DNA of 63,432 nt, filler included, from 5 parts of 5 records of this genome joined end to end with filler, not necessarily neighbours in it; one strand, 5' to 3'; counted from the first letter of the whole stretch, positions 20,116-34,300 are shown. Notes: a model not told the origin generated them from the letters alone. A program made the numbers and translations.

Positions 20116-23100
20116 ATGGGGACGGCCAGGCCGCTAGGGTTGTTGATCATTGTCCTGGGCGTGCTTGCGGGTCACTCTGCGCTGTCGGTGGACATCCCTG
20201 AGGAAGCTGGGACCGGCCACTTCAACTCGTGGTCACCAGTCAGGTTCAACGACACAGTCCCATTGGCCCGATGTGAGTACTCGCACTGGCTTCTCCGAAG
20301 CCGCTCCTGCCACGAGTTGGTACGCGATGCGGCGAGATCCAGCGACAACAGACGTCTGTTGGTTGTTCACGGGGGACTCCGGCAAGGGTTGGAGCTGGGT
20401 CGGCATTATGCGATGGATGGCGGTGTGTATGACGACTGGTGGTGTTATGACTTTCATGCTGCCGTGTGGACGAACCTCGGGCCGGGAATGTCAGCACCGC
20501 CAGGACCTCCGGAGAAGGTACAGGGTCACACGCCGATATTGGTGACGGTGCCCTGCACGGGCCAGCTGGCGGACGAGGGTTGTCGCATGACGGAGCTTTG
20601 GTCATTCGGCGGGAGTGACACTCACGACTACCGGAATATGACCCTTGTCAACCCTTCGACGGCGCGGGTATTGAGACACACACCAGCAGGCGCAACGCCA
20701 CTCACACTGGACCGCTATGAATTTGATTTGAATGATGACTGCGGCATGGGGGCGCTGCCCTGCCGGCGGATAAACCCTGTCTATGCTGTGGATGAGAACA
20801 GAAGGGAGGTATTCATGACCGGTGGTAGGAGAAGCGCGTACGACAAACAGAGCTTGTGCGACGCGTGGTCATTCCATATGGATACGGGTAAGTGGGAAAG
20901 ACGCTTCACCGGCGACGGCGAGTGCCAAGGCTTTGTTGCGGACGCTACGTGGTTGCACTGGGACCGGCTGTACGGTGAGTGATATCTCTCTTTGCTCTAA
21001 TTCCCAGAACTAACTGTTTAGGCACAGTCGTCTCCAGGCACAGTCTTTCCTTTTATCTGCCCTTGTCTAATCCGAAGGCGGGTTGGAAGGTGGTGCCGGG
21101 TGAAGAACGAATCCACAGTGTATTTTCAGTGGTTGACAGCGATGCCAAGGTGTTCATGCTGTACAACGAGGGCGATGCGGTCCACTTCGGAGCGCGAAAT
21201 CCGTTCTGTGGCAGCCTGAGTATGGTACCAAGCATCCTTACTGGTTATCTCACCAAGGACGGGTGGAAGGATGGCAAACAAAAACACCTGTGTATGAAGT
21301 CAGAATGCGAAGATCGGATACTGCACGGCATCCGAAACGGGCGTGTCGCCACCGAAATCTCCAACACCGGCGTAAGATATTTTATTTATTTCAGCATGGC
21401 ACAGTTAGTGACGGGCAAGAACGCATGTCCTCCTACTTGGCACTCTTTCAAGACTCTTCTGCTGCATCATTCCGCGTTTTCCGCGCGGGGCGAGCCGCAG
21501 CCTACCCTTATAAGCAGTATGGTGACGATGGGATATGGCAAGCGGGCTTCGGAACTCGTGTTTCTCCATGCGGCGGCACCAGTGGGAAGTGAGGTCTATA
21601 TCTTTGGTGGGACGCCTTTGTCGCAGTATTTTGACTTGAGCGAGAGTAACTGGCGGTTGGCACTAAAGCTAATGGATGCCACAAGCAACTTTGTTAAGTT
21701 CAATGTCGCGATGAATAAGATGGAGACGATCAATACCGTCTCCAGCCCAGAGGATTCTCAATCATTGCAATACATTCTTCCCCAGCCTCGCCTGATGCAT
21801 GCGCTGTCATTGATGCCCGGGGATGTGCTGGTGGTGACGGGAGGAATCGGCAGTCCCAAACACTCCAAGGCCGAGTGTGGTACGTCCGAGTTCGCAGCGT
21901 ACGACCTGTGTAGAGTCCCTGCAGGGTTCTGGACCCATGCAGGCGTTTGGATAGGGCGCCTAGGCGTGCGCAATTCCACCGTGACTGCTCTGCTGTCACG
22001 GTTCGGTCACACCAGCCATGCTGTGAACGTTCGGGGCGTCGACGGCATCGCTTTATTTGCCGGCTTCAAGGAATCCGGCGAGGTGCCTGTTGATGTTGCT
22101 TTTCTCTCGTGGTACAGCTTATCAGGCCGCGGGTGCAGCTACGATCCGGGCCAACCCCTGAATATGGCTGACTGTGTTTTGGATGGCCAGGCTGTGCTAG
22201 CGAGTGGCCCGCGGCCCACCCCCCGGGGGATGCATTCAACAACCACTGCAGATGGTCGCACCGTATACCTATCGGGTGGTTGTGTTCATCAGTATGAAGA
22301 CTCCATTCCCATGGGATGCCGGGAGGCGGCGTCTGATCTATGGCGGTGGGATGCGCACTCTGGGGCGTGGTCCCTCCTCGATGCCAACGCACTGCCACCT
22401 ACGTACGGCCACTCCATGTCACTCCTTGGAAAGCACAAACTGTATATATTTGGAGGCCACGTGCTGTCCTCAGATGGTCAAACGGTGTCTCAGTACGTTT
22501 CCGAATGGACACTCTCGAACCAGCTATTGCTGCACGACCTCTCGGTGGGCACCACCGTGCGGGTGACAGGTCCACTGTCTACAGATCCCACCGCATGGCA
22601 CATTGCTATCGCCCTGCCGTCCACATCGGTGAGACCCATATGACTGGTGCTGCCATGTAGCTCTCGAAGCGGTCCTGACGGGTTTGTGCTGCAGAAACTG
22701 TGGGTTTTTGGGGGGTACTCAAAGTACTATGCAAGCCAGATCTCCGGCAATGGCATCATGTTGCAGGCCGGCTGTGCACCTGGGACGTGGAGCGAAGATT
22801 TTTTGGAGGCACCGTGCTCAACCTGCCCCAAGGGGACATTCAAGAAAGATGGTCCCGGCCAGTGCAGGTACGTGCAGGCGGGGAGAGGTGATGCTGGAAG
22901 CTTGTCTTGACATAGCCGTGCACTGCAGCCCGTGTCCCCGTGGAACGACGACGTCATCAGCTGGTATGTGCAGTAGAATCGCTGGCCAAGGCGTGAATAT
23001 AGGTGACGGCTGACTAATTACCAGGTTCGTCCACAATGGACGAGTGCTCCTTGTGCGAACATGGGTACTGCTGGCTTGGCACGTGCAAGGTGGATGTAAC

Positions 23101-24437
23101 TGCTCAGTGCGAATGCCGTGAGTTCACATGCAATGCATCCCCGCTCCACGATGCTGCTGTCTGACACCCGCGTCGTAACTGCAGCATTTGGGGTTTCCGG
23201 AGAGAGATGTCATGTATTTTGGCTTGTTTATATCATGGCGTCACTGGTCCTTGCGGTATTGGTGATGATATGTTGCTTAATCATGCGACGCTGGCTCCAG
23301 CTAAGAAACAGTCTATGGGGTCAGAGCCGTCGCACAAAGAAGGCCCAAGTTGTGCCTGGGTTTGATTTCGGGTGGTCCAAGCGGTCCGTCTTGGATATTG
23401 ATCCCAAGTCTGTTATGATCCACCATCGCGTTGGTAGTGGGGCATCCGCCGTCGTGTACAAGGGCACTTGGGCGGGTAAGATGACACGTTGCCTGGCGCC
23501 CCTGCGTTTGTGTACTGATCCAATATTACCTAGGAAACACTGTCGCTGTGAAGGAACTGTTAGATGTGGGACAGGCAGAAGGATTCAGCGCCGAGGTCGA
23601 GATCATGTGTTCACTCCGCCATCCGAACATCATCGCTTGCTGGGGGGTGGTGACACAATACCCGCCCAGTATTGTGATGGAGTACGCCCCTGGTGGTGAT
23701 CTCAGATCTCTTATATATGACCAGGAGCGGCGCGGCATCATGGATAGCTCCCGCCTGCACAGACGACTCGCGACAGACATTGCTCGTGGCATGGCTTACC
23801 TCCATGACAAAGGTATCATCCACAGGGATTTGAAGGTGCGGTTGTCCCAGCGCGTGCAATTGGTGTACAATCTTGACTGGTCTGATTGACAGCCGGAGAA
23901 TATACTCCTCACGCAAGACTACGACGCCAAGGTCACAGACCTGGGCATAGCACGCAGGATGGAGGACGGAAAGATGACCGTGAATGTCGGAACCGCGGTC
24001 TACGCGGCTCCTGAGATCTGGCATCTAGGGAGCAGACCCGTTGGAGCCCAGTACGGCGAGTCTGCAGATGTTTATTCCTACGGAATGGTGAGTTGGGGTG
24101 GTCTGATTCACGTGTCATTGTGGGCCTGACACGAGTGCGATATCAGGTTCTTTTCGAACTCGTGACCGGAAAGGCCCCTTATTCTGATTCAATGTGGGTA
24201 TCCAATGTCGTGCAGTCGGCCAAAGACGGCGCTCGGCCCAGCTTCGAAACTGGCGCTGCTGTTGGTGAAAGCACACAAGAGTCTCAGGGGCTTGAGATGG
24301 AAAGCCGACTGATGCAGCATGAACATATCGATGGCGATGCGTCGCTTCTACGGAACATTGCTGAGCGGTGCTGGGTGGCGGACCCCATGGCCCGGCCTTC
24401 ATTCCGGGAGATACTACGAATGCTGGATGAGCGATAG
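20116..24437 (+). CDS. Eukaryotic multi-exon receptor-like kinase: signal peptide, kelch repeats, Cys-rich/EGF, TM, TKL kinase
   Basis: Splicing (e.g. intron 20975-21021 GTGAGT..CTAAC..TAG) joins kelch motifs (VYIFGG, RFGHTS, RGMHS), CAPGTWS..CSTCPKGTF, an EGF-like segment, a TM helix and kinase motifs GSGASAVVYKG, AVK, HRDLKPEN, DLG, APE. Confidence 0.85.
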
Positions 24438-24727
24438 ATCAAGGTATGTCAACACAACGACCAGGGCATTCTGGTGGAGCTTCTCCAGAAACAGTCACAC
24501 CATATCCAGCGTATCGTTCATGCACATGACCAAACTGACCTCATGGGTCGGATGAAAAAGAAAAAGCGCTAGCTCAGGGGGGGGTGGGCTGGTCGCAGGT
24601 GGCAACTATACGGCGTCTCCTCGAGATCGGAGAAGCGGTGATTCCCTCCGCCCTTGGCTTCGATGTGTCAGTGCAGGAATTACAAGGCACGCAGCTCAGC
24701 TTACTCGATGGCAGTGATCTTTCGCAT

Positions 24728-27700
24728 TTATTCATAAGCGACCTCCCCATCAGGGTCAGAGCTGGTCTCTCCATTAGCTTCCTCGTCCTCTCCATCATCA
24801 GCTTCCTCGTCCGTACACTCCGCCAAGTTCGCAACAACATCTTCGATCTTAGGATCATCTCGGATTGCCCTTGTCCCGGCGGCAAGCACTTCATATCCGT
24901 CGTTATGCGGGCTGGCTTGATCCTTGTTCATCATCCATCCCAGTCCACCCCCATATCCATTGGTCAACAGGTATCGATACATCTCTTCCGGAGATCTGAG
25001 ACCCTGGTCCGTAACGTCTTGGGTGGCAAATTCACCGATAATAAGGGGTTTGGTGAGCCCATAGGCTGTAAAAACCCGCTTGAACGAGTCTTGATTCGAG
25101 AAACGGCCGTGGTTTGCGTAGTTGTGGACCTCAAAGAAATCTAGATGCGCCCCAGTACCCGCACTTGGTGCCGCCTTCTGCATGCATTCATCCGAGTACC
25201 TCTTGACAGTCGCTTCATTGCCAGGGAAGTTGCCAGTTGTGACAAGGGCATCGGCGTCCTCTTCGTGGACCACGGCCGCTGCTTTGGCGACGAACCCGAT
25301 CAATTGGCGATAGTTTGGAGTCCATTCGCGGTTGGCAGGCCATCCTTGGTGCTGAATCATCCAGTCGAAATCAGGCACCTTCTCATTATCAGTCAACGGA
25401 AGGCCGCCGTTTTCCACATATGGAGAGGACTTGTTATGCACCCACCTGGCAGTGGTGAAAACACGTCAGGATAGTGAACAATCAGCAAGGCACTACAAAC
25501 TTACTGGTTTTGTGAAGCTTGGAAGCAATGGGGGTCGTCGTTTGCAGGGTCAGCTGCCACACCCAAATGATTCAGTCACCGCCATTCACGGCCACATGGA
25601 TACATCACTCACCTCTGACCAGACCTTCGCCCTCGTTGAAGATCTCCCACGCAGCGATTGCAGGATGGCCCTTAAGAGCTCGAACAGTAGGCCGGAGGAC
25701 CCGAGTCAAGTATCTCTCCTGCACCTCTGGCTGGGTCAACAGTAGTGGCGCGAATGACCGCATGAAGCGAGGGCTGTTGAGGTGTCGACTGCCGTCGCTT
25801 TTGAGGTTAAGAGGACCCGAGATGGAAGCACCGTCCCACAAGACAACTAAACAACAGGGTGAGAAATCGACATTACGTGACACTTCATGGGGGACACATT
25901 GGCACGGCCGCGTCGAATGATCCCTTACCTAGGATGAGGATGTTATGGTCCTTAGCCTTGTCGAGTATAGCCTTCAAATCAGAAATGAACTTAGTGGGCT
26001 CAAAGGTAGGAGCGATCTCGCATTGAGTGTACTCCGCATACGTCTTGCCAGGAGGCGAATTCCCGTCGGCACCGCCCCACCACAGATTGCAAGCGGATCC
26101 GTCCTTCTTCTGCCACTTAATTGAGTCCAGGCCTTGTGTGTGGGTCCACAGGCGCATGATGTTGCCGCCAGCCTCAGCCAACTTTCGCATGCTCTCAGAG
26201 ATTGCGTTGATTGAGTCTACGCCCTCCGCACCAACATCTTTGTTCCAGGTGTGCCAAGCGAGATTCATTCCGCTAAGGAACACCTCCTTACCATTGAACT
26301 GAACATACCACATGAGATGCGAGATAGGTCTTCACGTCACAAATCTAAATACCATGAACTTAGTTCCGTCAACTGAGAGGCGGCCCGGGCACCCGGGAGC
26401 GGGGTCCGCATGGCATTCTGGCTGCGTCTTGGAAATTTGTGTCTTCACCTAAGATGACCAGCGGCATCAGATTCTTAGAACACGGGTCAAATCAACTATC
26501 TACATACATCTCGCTTCGGGCAGAACGCCTTCATAATGTTGGCGATTCTCTTACACCTCTTGGGGCCCTTCCTACCACTACCACCAGCAAAGTTGGACCA
26601 CTCAGTTGGTAGGAAAGGACACTGGCTTGTGTTCTCGTCGTTCGCCTTGATCCAACACTTCCTCTTTTCAAACGTCTTGCATCCTCCTGTCTCAGGGTCG
26701 CTTCCTTCGCTTCCTTCCCCGTCGAAATTGAAATTCGGCAATGGTCCCAAAGGTTCCATTTCGGCCGGTGACTGCACGTCATTGACGACTTGAGCAGTGA
26801 ACGACGACGGGTGGACGGGAAGAAGAGATTCCTTGCCCAGGAAGTAACACGCAGGATTGGCATGCATCTGGAACCACACTGCTTTGTTCGCGTTGGCATT
26901 ACCCGGGTTGGTCGGAGTAACCTTCACGGTAGTCTTGTCAATCGTAATCTTGCTAGGGGCCACGTAATGCGGGGCTGGGTTTGTGTACTGCTGCGCCAGA
27001 GTGGAATCCGGAACCACGGGCCGCATGTTGATAACGCCCCGATCACCTGCCTTCATTTCGCTCTCAGGACAGGGGGTAGCCTGGTCCTGGCTCTTGCGAG
27101 CAATCAACTCGGTGTCGCTGCCAGTGACGCTGAAGGGAATAGCAATTTCGCCCGACTCCATGGCAACACGGCGTGGGGCACCATTATAGTCGAAAGTCGG
27201 GAAATAAGGCCTGTCCGTCTTGCCATGGAGATGCCGGTACATCGACAGCGCAAGACGCCTCCCGATCTCAGCTTTTTGGTACAACTTATTAGGGTGCATG
27301 ACTGCGAGGCCTGTGGCATCTTCGCCGCTTCCCAGATCAATGGTAGGAACCGAGTGGACGGACGGGACATCATATCTATATGGAAGAGGAAGCACACGTG
27401 ATTCATCAGAATGTATAACACTGCAGTCTAGTACAATAGGATTACCTGAGATCGTAGACTGCCTCTCGCAGGAACTGAAACGACCCCAGTGATCCCTCCA
27501 CGCTGGGATTGGTCACTTTCATGGTGGGTAGCTCCACGACCACAACTCGAGCATTGGCAGTGCCGCGGCGTTCTCTGTAGGTGTCAATAATGAGTTTCAG
27601 TCCATCCCTGTAACTTTTCGCGGTATGGTACGCGGACGACTCGCCCTGGTACCAAACCATCCCGGCGGAAGGGATAGCATCACGGGTTGGGTGCAGGAAC

Positions 27701-28573
27701 GAATTGTACACCAGGGAGCCACGAGAACGAGGTTTGACTGCCAAACTGTTAAATCCAAGTATATACAAGGCACGGACGTAACCAGCACCTGGAGGCCAAA
27801 GGGCTTCGAACTTCGGCCCCGGTGGTGCCCAAGCCCAAAGCTCTGTCTCCCCAGAAGCTGTTCAAAGTTTCCTTCAGATACAGTAGCGATAACCTCCCCA
27901 CAGTATACTACCTGCGGACAATAGCCCGATATAGTTGGCACCAGTATCCATTGCAGCAAGGTGGGCTCCGAAATAAAGGCACACGGCGCTGAATGCTTGA
28001 GAGGGCAGTGGCTCCTTGACAAGGGTCCACTCTCCCGGCTCGCTTTCAGTTTGGATGGAGTTCAAGGGCTCGGCTGATACCGGCGGGATGTGGGCAAAGT
28101 AGCGAACTGGCACACTGTCAGTATATAATCATGATACGGGCGAAGTGCCACCAACCCTTGTCTGGCGTGATTGTTGGAGCTGGACGGTTCAGCGGGTCAA
28201 CGCTGTTGGAGTCTAAAGTGCCTGGGGCGGTGGCCATGTTCGACTGGCCCAGGCAGATGTATACATCACCAAACACCACATCAGTAAGCGTGACAGAGGT
28301 CTCGCCATGGGTGAACACGACATCAAATGGCTCGTTGGTCTTGACGTCTGCATAATTCCAACATAATTTGGTTACTCCAGCGCCCGCCTCAGCGGCCCTG
28401 GAGGCCCTGCCGTTCAGTGTGGCAGTCGGTGGATCCGCGACATTCGTCCCCGATGCGACAAGACAGGGATCCACCCCTCTCTGCATTACCATATGGTCCT
28501 TGTATACTCCCAACAACCGCAATTCTTCCGACCCGCCCTGTCCGGGCTGCGTGTCCGCCCATTCAGTCTCCAC
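24728..28573 (-). CDS. Eukaryotic multi-exon SASA/sialate-O-acetylesterase-like + GH5 (subfamily 10-like mannanase) fusion, 5'-truncated
   Basis: DHMVMQR, GDVYICLGQSNM, WYQGES, HP..K..IGRRLA, then spliced RLSVDGTKFM|FNGKEVFLSGMNLAW, AWEIFNEGE, EVHNY, KPLIIGEF. 3' end uncertain. Confidence 0.8.
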
Positions 28574-28673
28574 NNNNNNNNNNNNNNNNNNNNNNNNNNN
28601 NNNNNNNNNNNNNNNNNTTAATTAATTAANNNNNNNNNNNNNNNNNNNNNNNNNNNNNNNNNNNNNNNNNNNN
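28574..28673. other. Artificial contig spacer
   Basis: N44-TTAATTAATTAA-N44. Confidence 0.99.
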
Positions 28674-28999
28674 CCCCCCCCCCCCCCCCCCCCCCGCGCG
28701 GGCGAGTGTAGGAAGCAGCGGAGCACCGGCGGTCCCGCGGATAACCGGAGAGAACCACACGCCCGCCGGTGGTGCCCCGTCCGTCACCATGGCACACAAC
28801 TCTATCCCGCCTTCTCACTGTCGTCATGACGCTCGGCCGGTGGGGTACACGGACACGGACCGAAACGGGGGGCAACAGAGTTGCACGGGGAGTCGGCTTT
28901 GCGCTGCACGCGCAGTGGCCGTAAATTTTCAAGACAAAAATAATCAACTGTGCCCGCAGTTAGAGCAAAGACGAAAGACCATTAAGGATTCTTCATTAA

Positions 29000-29568
29000 A
29001 TGTCTGGAGGAGCTAGGAGAGACAAAGAAACTACCATGGTGGCAGAACCGGTCGTAGAAGGCCGGGCACTGCGGTGTCCACACTGCCGCGAAGTCCTGCC
29101 TCAAAGCACCTTGTCTGTGCTCTCTCAATACGGCCCGCGCACGGGACCGCAAAGCCATGGCTTCACCAACGCCACAAGAGGATTTGAGCTTGGGGCGTCA
29201 TACCAGCTACCCCCGGTACTACAGACTGGATACGCCTTCGGTGGAGCGGCGCTTGGGGGCGCATTTGCAGGATTTACCTTCTACCCACGTATCATGGAGT
29301 AAGTTCGAAACATTTGTTTGTTAACTACTACTCAAAACCGTGTTTTCACAGTCAGGCCGTCCGGAGATTTCCAAAGCGTGCAGGCATTCAATGGCTCGTC
29401 ACTCTGCCTCCTACAATCTTCATAGCCGCAGTTGCGGCTGGCGCTGGCAAGGCGGCATTGCCCGCATTTGTTGAGTCCTGCTTCCGGGCATACCACGGAA
29501 CTGCGGGTGCCGTTGATGGGGCGGTGGTGGATATGAGGAGCAAAAAGGAACCTCCTAGTAAGAACTAA
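29000..29568 (+). CDS. Small two-exon CxxC + membrane protein resembling an uncharacterised plant protein family
   Basis: GTAAG..CACAG intron near 29300-29351 joins CPHC...GGAFAGF with WLVTLPPTIF..A.PAFV...YH. Family match is from recall. Confidence 0.6.
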
Positions 29569-29587
29569 GCATTCCGGAGACTGCAGT

Positions 29588-30330
29588 CTAGAAAAGGCGG
29601 GCAAGGCTCTGGGTGGTGTACCAGCTAGTGTGACCAAGCCGATAGGCAATCGAGAGAACCTGGAGATAAACGTGTCAGCACACCCTTCACAACAGCAAAC
29701 TTCATCTTGGCTTACCGTGAGGTAGTATATCGCCGCTGCAATCTTTTCACAAAGGTAAAGCGGAAAGAAACCGCCGTAGGTCCACAAAGCAAGGTATGGG
29801 ACTCCAGTCAACTTAGCAGCCTGGTGGAACACTAAATGTCAGCGTACTGCAGGTATTACAAACGCCGTGGGTTTTCATACCACTCGATATGCTTTCACCA
29901 CAAGAAAGAGGGTGCAGTGAATAGGGGTAATTAGGAGAAATGAGCGCAGCTTCTTGGCAAGGGGGAATGCCAGCCCAAACTTCAGGTAAACAGTCTCCGT
30001 AAGCATTAAGTAAATTGCAATAACAGTCAAGAACACCAGAACGAGTTGAAAGCTAAGTACTTGTGAGAGCTTGATCGCTACACAGTGAGAAAACACACTT
30101 ACACCGACTTCACAAGAAGAGCAGGCAAGTTGGTTTCTATCTCGCTGTCCCACAAGTTGTTCACGAGCATATCAGCGAATAAAGAGGCATACACCATGAA
30201 CAGCTTCAGCGTAAACCTAATAATATAAGAGTGAGCAGCCAAACGGGAAAATACATCCACGCCCAAACCTGAAGGCATTCGTCGCCCTTGGGTCAGTGAG
30301 CGTAGCCCAGTTGATACTACTGAACTTCAT
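29588..30330 (-). CDS. TMEM138-like ciliary transmembrane protein (multi-exon)
   Basis: Spliced product D.LVN ... T..LKFGL...L.KKL ... W......LY..EKIAA.IYY|VLSIAYRLGH..WY resembles TMEM138. Confidence 0.72.
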
Positions 30331-31387
30331 GTCTGGGTTGTGCAGTATTTCACACCTCAACACGCAGGCACTATTTGTACCTGTAGCCCTGAGTGCCTCA
30401 GTTGCGACAGTGTTAGTGGGCTGGTGGAGGCACAGCCCCGAAGGACACGGAACTTGCTACTTCACACATAGGTGCCCTCTGCGGCAAGGTGGTGGTGTGA
30501 AAGGCATGGACAAGTCGGATGCGCCTTGCCGGCGCGCCACCTGGTCCGGCGCCGTCACTCGCCCTAACTGACTACGGGTTCACACAACCAACGATACCAG
30601 ATCGACACGGGCTACCCGGCACCCGGACGGGCCTGGCGCCCGCGCCACGGTCGGCCCGGCCGGTCCGTCCCCGCCGGGGGCGACGAGCCGGAGCGCAGCA
30701 CGGTCATGACCGGCGTGCGCTGGTGTGGGCATGGGGGCCGCTACCCGCAGTGCCGGACGGGCCGGCCGGCCGCGGGTTTCTGGGCGGGAGGCTGGGGCCC
30801 CGAGTCCATGGTGAGGCTGCCCGCCACCACGGCCCGCGGCGGCCGGGCCCACGCGGGCCAGCGCCGGGCAGTTTGAACGTGAATTCCGTCGTTCCGATCG
30901 TCACATGTATACTATCAACAAGTCCCATAATTGATACATGTAACCAATTTGTTGGGTCTGTGCATAACGATATTCCTGATATAATGAATATCCTACGCAA
31001 CCCTCTCCTTGAGCTGCCCGACCACGTGACGCGGCCCAAGGCCGCACCATGGCACTGGCAGTCCGCGGGCTCCTGAGCCCCGGCGGCCTCCCCGTCAGCC
31101 CGCGCACGGCCGCGGCTGCCTGCCACGGTTCATCCGCGGCTACGATCCGGGCGCAGTCCCGCGAGCGCCGCGCTCACGGCGGCATGCTCGGCAACCACAG
31201 CCGTGACAATACTGCGAATATGGCGGGCGGGTTAGGCAGGCCGTGATGTTGAGAGCTCTCGCCGGCTGCCCGGGCCATACCGGCCGACTGGAAGCTGTTG
31301 TGGGGAGGTAAGAAATTATGGGCTAGACGACCGCCCATACATAAAGTTTTCACGAGAGAGGGCGTATTACCTTAGGTGACAGCAAGT

Positions 31388-34300
31388 ATGGGTGGCTTCC
31401 GAGCCTCACTATTGCTTGTCTATGTGGTCGGGGCACTGGCCATTTCGACAGGCACTGGGGATCATCCGAAAACAACCGGTGGGCAGTCTGAATTTGATGC
31501 AGAGTGGCAGCAGCTTCTCCATGAAAACGCCAACCTTATCAGTGGTGCCTCTGCTATGCCAGGGGATGCCACACAGCCCGAGCTAGACGAGTCTGCGCAC
31601 TCTGTGAACTCGCCTTCTAGTCTAACATCTGCAGATGCGGAGCCTTCTAACTCGGCGTACCAGTCAATGCTGCGTGGAAAACTGGTGGCCGCGTCGGGGG
31701 GTGATAGCGTATCTGCTCATGAGCACGACGCGGGCTCCGAAAAAGGCCCGGTTGACGCAACCTCCGTGAATAGCCACGAGGGTGGCCACGGCGACCACGA
31801 GGCGGAGAATGGCCATGACAAAACGGGAGAGCATGGCGAGACTTCTGTTAGTGCTGAGTCCCACGCCAAGGCTGAACCTAAGCACAAAGATACGAGTGAT
31901 AAGAAGAATACCGACAAGAAAGACAAGAAGGCGAAGAAGGCTGAAGGCGGCCCGGCGGCTTTGAGGGAGGCGGATGAACGCAACTATGAAGCCGCTCAGG
32001 AGGAGCCTCGCGACAGCCATGGACACCACGACACGACAGCGGATAAGCACAAGCTTTCTTCTGATCATCATGCTCCTGGTAAGGCAGGAGAAAAGGTGGG
32101 TGACGGAGTCCACGCGGACAAGTCTCAGGTTGGTGCGGCCGACGCGCAGAAGAAGCACGAGGAGGCCGCGGCCGACACCGAAGCCCCAGTCACCAAGGAA
32201 GAGTCAGAGGCCGAAAAGGAGAAAGCAGTGAATGAGGCCGCCAGTGAAGAGCGTGAATCCGAAATTGGTGATGGAGCATCGGTCGACATAGGTGGCGGAG
32301 ACGATGACGCAGATGGCACTAGTGGCGAAACTGCTGATGATTACAGCAATTCCGCAGGCACGTCTGAGCGGATTCTTGCTGAGCAGAATATCCCATCTTC
32401 TTCAAACGAAACGGAAATAGTGGACTCGACTGCTGTAGCAGGGGCGTTGAATAGCACGAGTAACCACACGGCGCCGGGCGGACTTAATCAAACGGCCATG
32501 CCTATTGGAGCGAATAATACCGGCTCCGAGCCCGTTGCACAAGAGGGCGATGATGAGGAAGTTGACGCGGCAGGTCTGGCTTCTGCGAATTCAACAACCG
32601 CATCCAACGGAACCTTGGGTGGGAATTCTACCGAGACAATGCCGACAAGAAGAGAGATTCGGGAGCAAATTCGCGAAGACAACGAGGACGCAGAGAATGT
32701 CGATGATGCGATCAGTGATGACACAAGGATGAGACGCGAGGCAGAAGGAAGGCTTGAAGCCCAGCATGAGGCCAATGAGACTCTTAGTGATGCTGTTGTC
32801 GAAGATAAGCTGAAGGATGAGGTGAAGAAGAAACAGGAGAATAAGGATGAAGAGGAAGAGGATGATGAACTTGAGAAGAAGAAGGAAGAGATGGAGAAGG
32901 TCGAGGCCGAGGCGGAGAAAGAAAAGGAGGATGTTAAGGCTGAGAAGGCACGCCTTGATAGCGACGAGAGAACCAAAGCCAAGGCAATGGAAAAGCAAAT
33001 TCAGGACAAGAATTCTGATGACACGAACTCCAACGCGGCCGGTGAACGCACTTCTGGAGACGTTGGAGACCCTGTCGAAGCGACGAACTCGACATCAAGC
33101 GCTCCGGCGGACGGCGAGGACGTGCCAACAACTGCTGACGATGGGATGAACGATATCACAAGTGATGTAGATGCCGTTGATGGAGTAGGCAATTCCACCG
33201 AGTCAGCGTCATCCGACAACAGCACCGCTCCTGCTTCACCTCTTGGCGAAGAGGCAGTAAAGCAGCCTGACGACAGCACCCCTGCCAGCAGCCAGGGTTC
33301 TATCGAAGAAGAAGCGGATCAGGAAAGCGATCAACAAATGAAGGAATCTTCCGTGCCCGATACAGATGACGAGCACGAGTACTTCATTATGCTCGATGCG
33401 GGATCGGTGCGCACCAAGCTGGCCATATCCATGCACTATCCGAAGCCAAGGGGGGACGCCGACGCAAAGGCACGTACAGAAATGATGGAGATTGATGATT
33501 CATACGTGACGCAAACCACGCCTGGTTTGGTGTCCTATCTGGACAACCTTGACCAGATCGAGGACGCACTCCATCCCCTATTGGAGACGGCGCAGAATTC
33601 GGTACCGCCGGCGAAGCGGAGCTCCACTCCTGTTGCTGTGTTCCTGACGGGAGAGATCACGCAGCAGTCTCGCCAGAAGGTGTCTCTCCTTCTCGACGAG
33701 ATCCGCTCGGTGATGGCTACTTACCCCTTCGAGTTCCACTACGGATATGTGCGGATAATGCCGGGAGATGACAAGGCGGCATACACGTGGATTAGTGCCA
33801 ACGAAGGCTTCAAGAGGCTAGATGAAGGAGCCAATACCCTTGGCGTTATCTCTCTTGGGTCGCAAGAGACCGTTGTGGCATACCAGCCAACGAAGGACTT
33901 CCTGCCCCTGGATCCCAATGCTGGTGGTTACAATATTTCGTTGGCAGCCGTGAAACACGACTTGTTCGCGTACGGCTATGCGGGGCTGGGCATGGAGTCC
34001 AGCATGAAAGGCTACTATAATCAACTGGTATCATCTTCAGAGACTCCTACGGTTGAGCTGGAGGAGGAGCTTGTGCATGCGCTAGAAGGGGCAGCGATGA
34101 GTCCTTGCCTACTGCTCGGTGATACCAAAGAGGTTGGGAACGGAGCGAAGGTGACCACGGTGAACTCAGGGAAGCATGGGGAGACACTAGTGATTGGAGG
34201 CGATTTCAAGGAATGCGTCAATGATATTACCACCATGGTTGTGAAGGGTGAGCGTGAGGTGACCTCGTTTGGCAAGACTTCATTGAAGAGCACTGCCAAT

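Noticed and set aside
19694-20982. Apparent bacterial-eukaryotic gene junction (HGT or endosymbiont insertion)
   Set aside because: Separated by an artificial spacer; no physical linkage evidence.
20979-24437. Fragmented ORFs suggesting pseudogenes or frameshifts in contigs 2-4
   Set aside because: Breaks coincide with GT-AG introns that restore the reading frame.
28674-28695. Poly-C tracts at contig ends (also 55407-55430)
   Set aside because: Probably assembly break points or sequencing artefacts; true length unknown.
30519-31246. Arg/Pro/Gly-rich ORFs in GC islands
   Set aside because: Expected stop-codon depletion in near-pure GC DNA; no coding signature.
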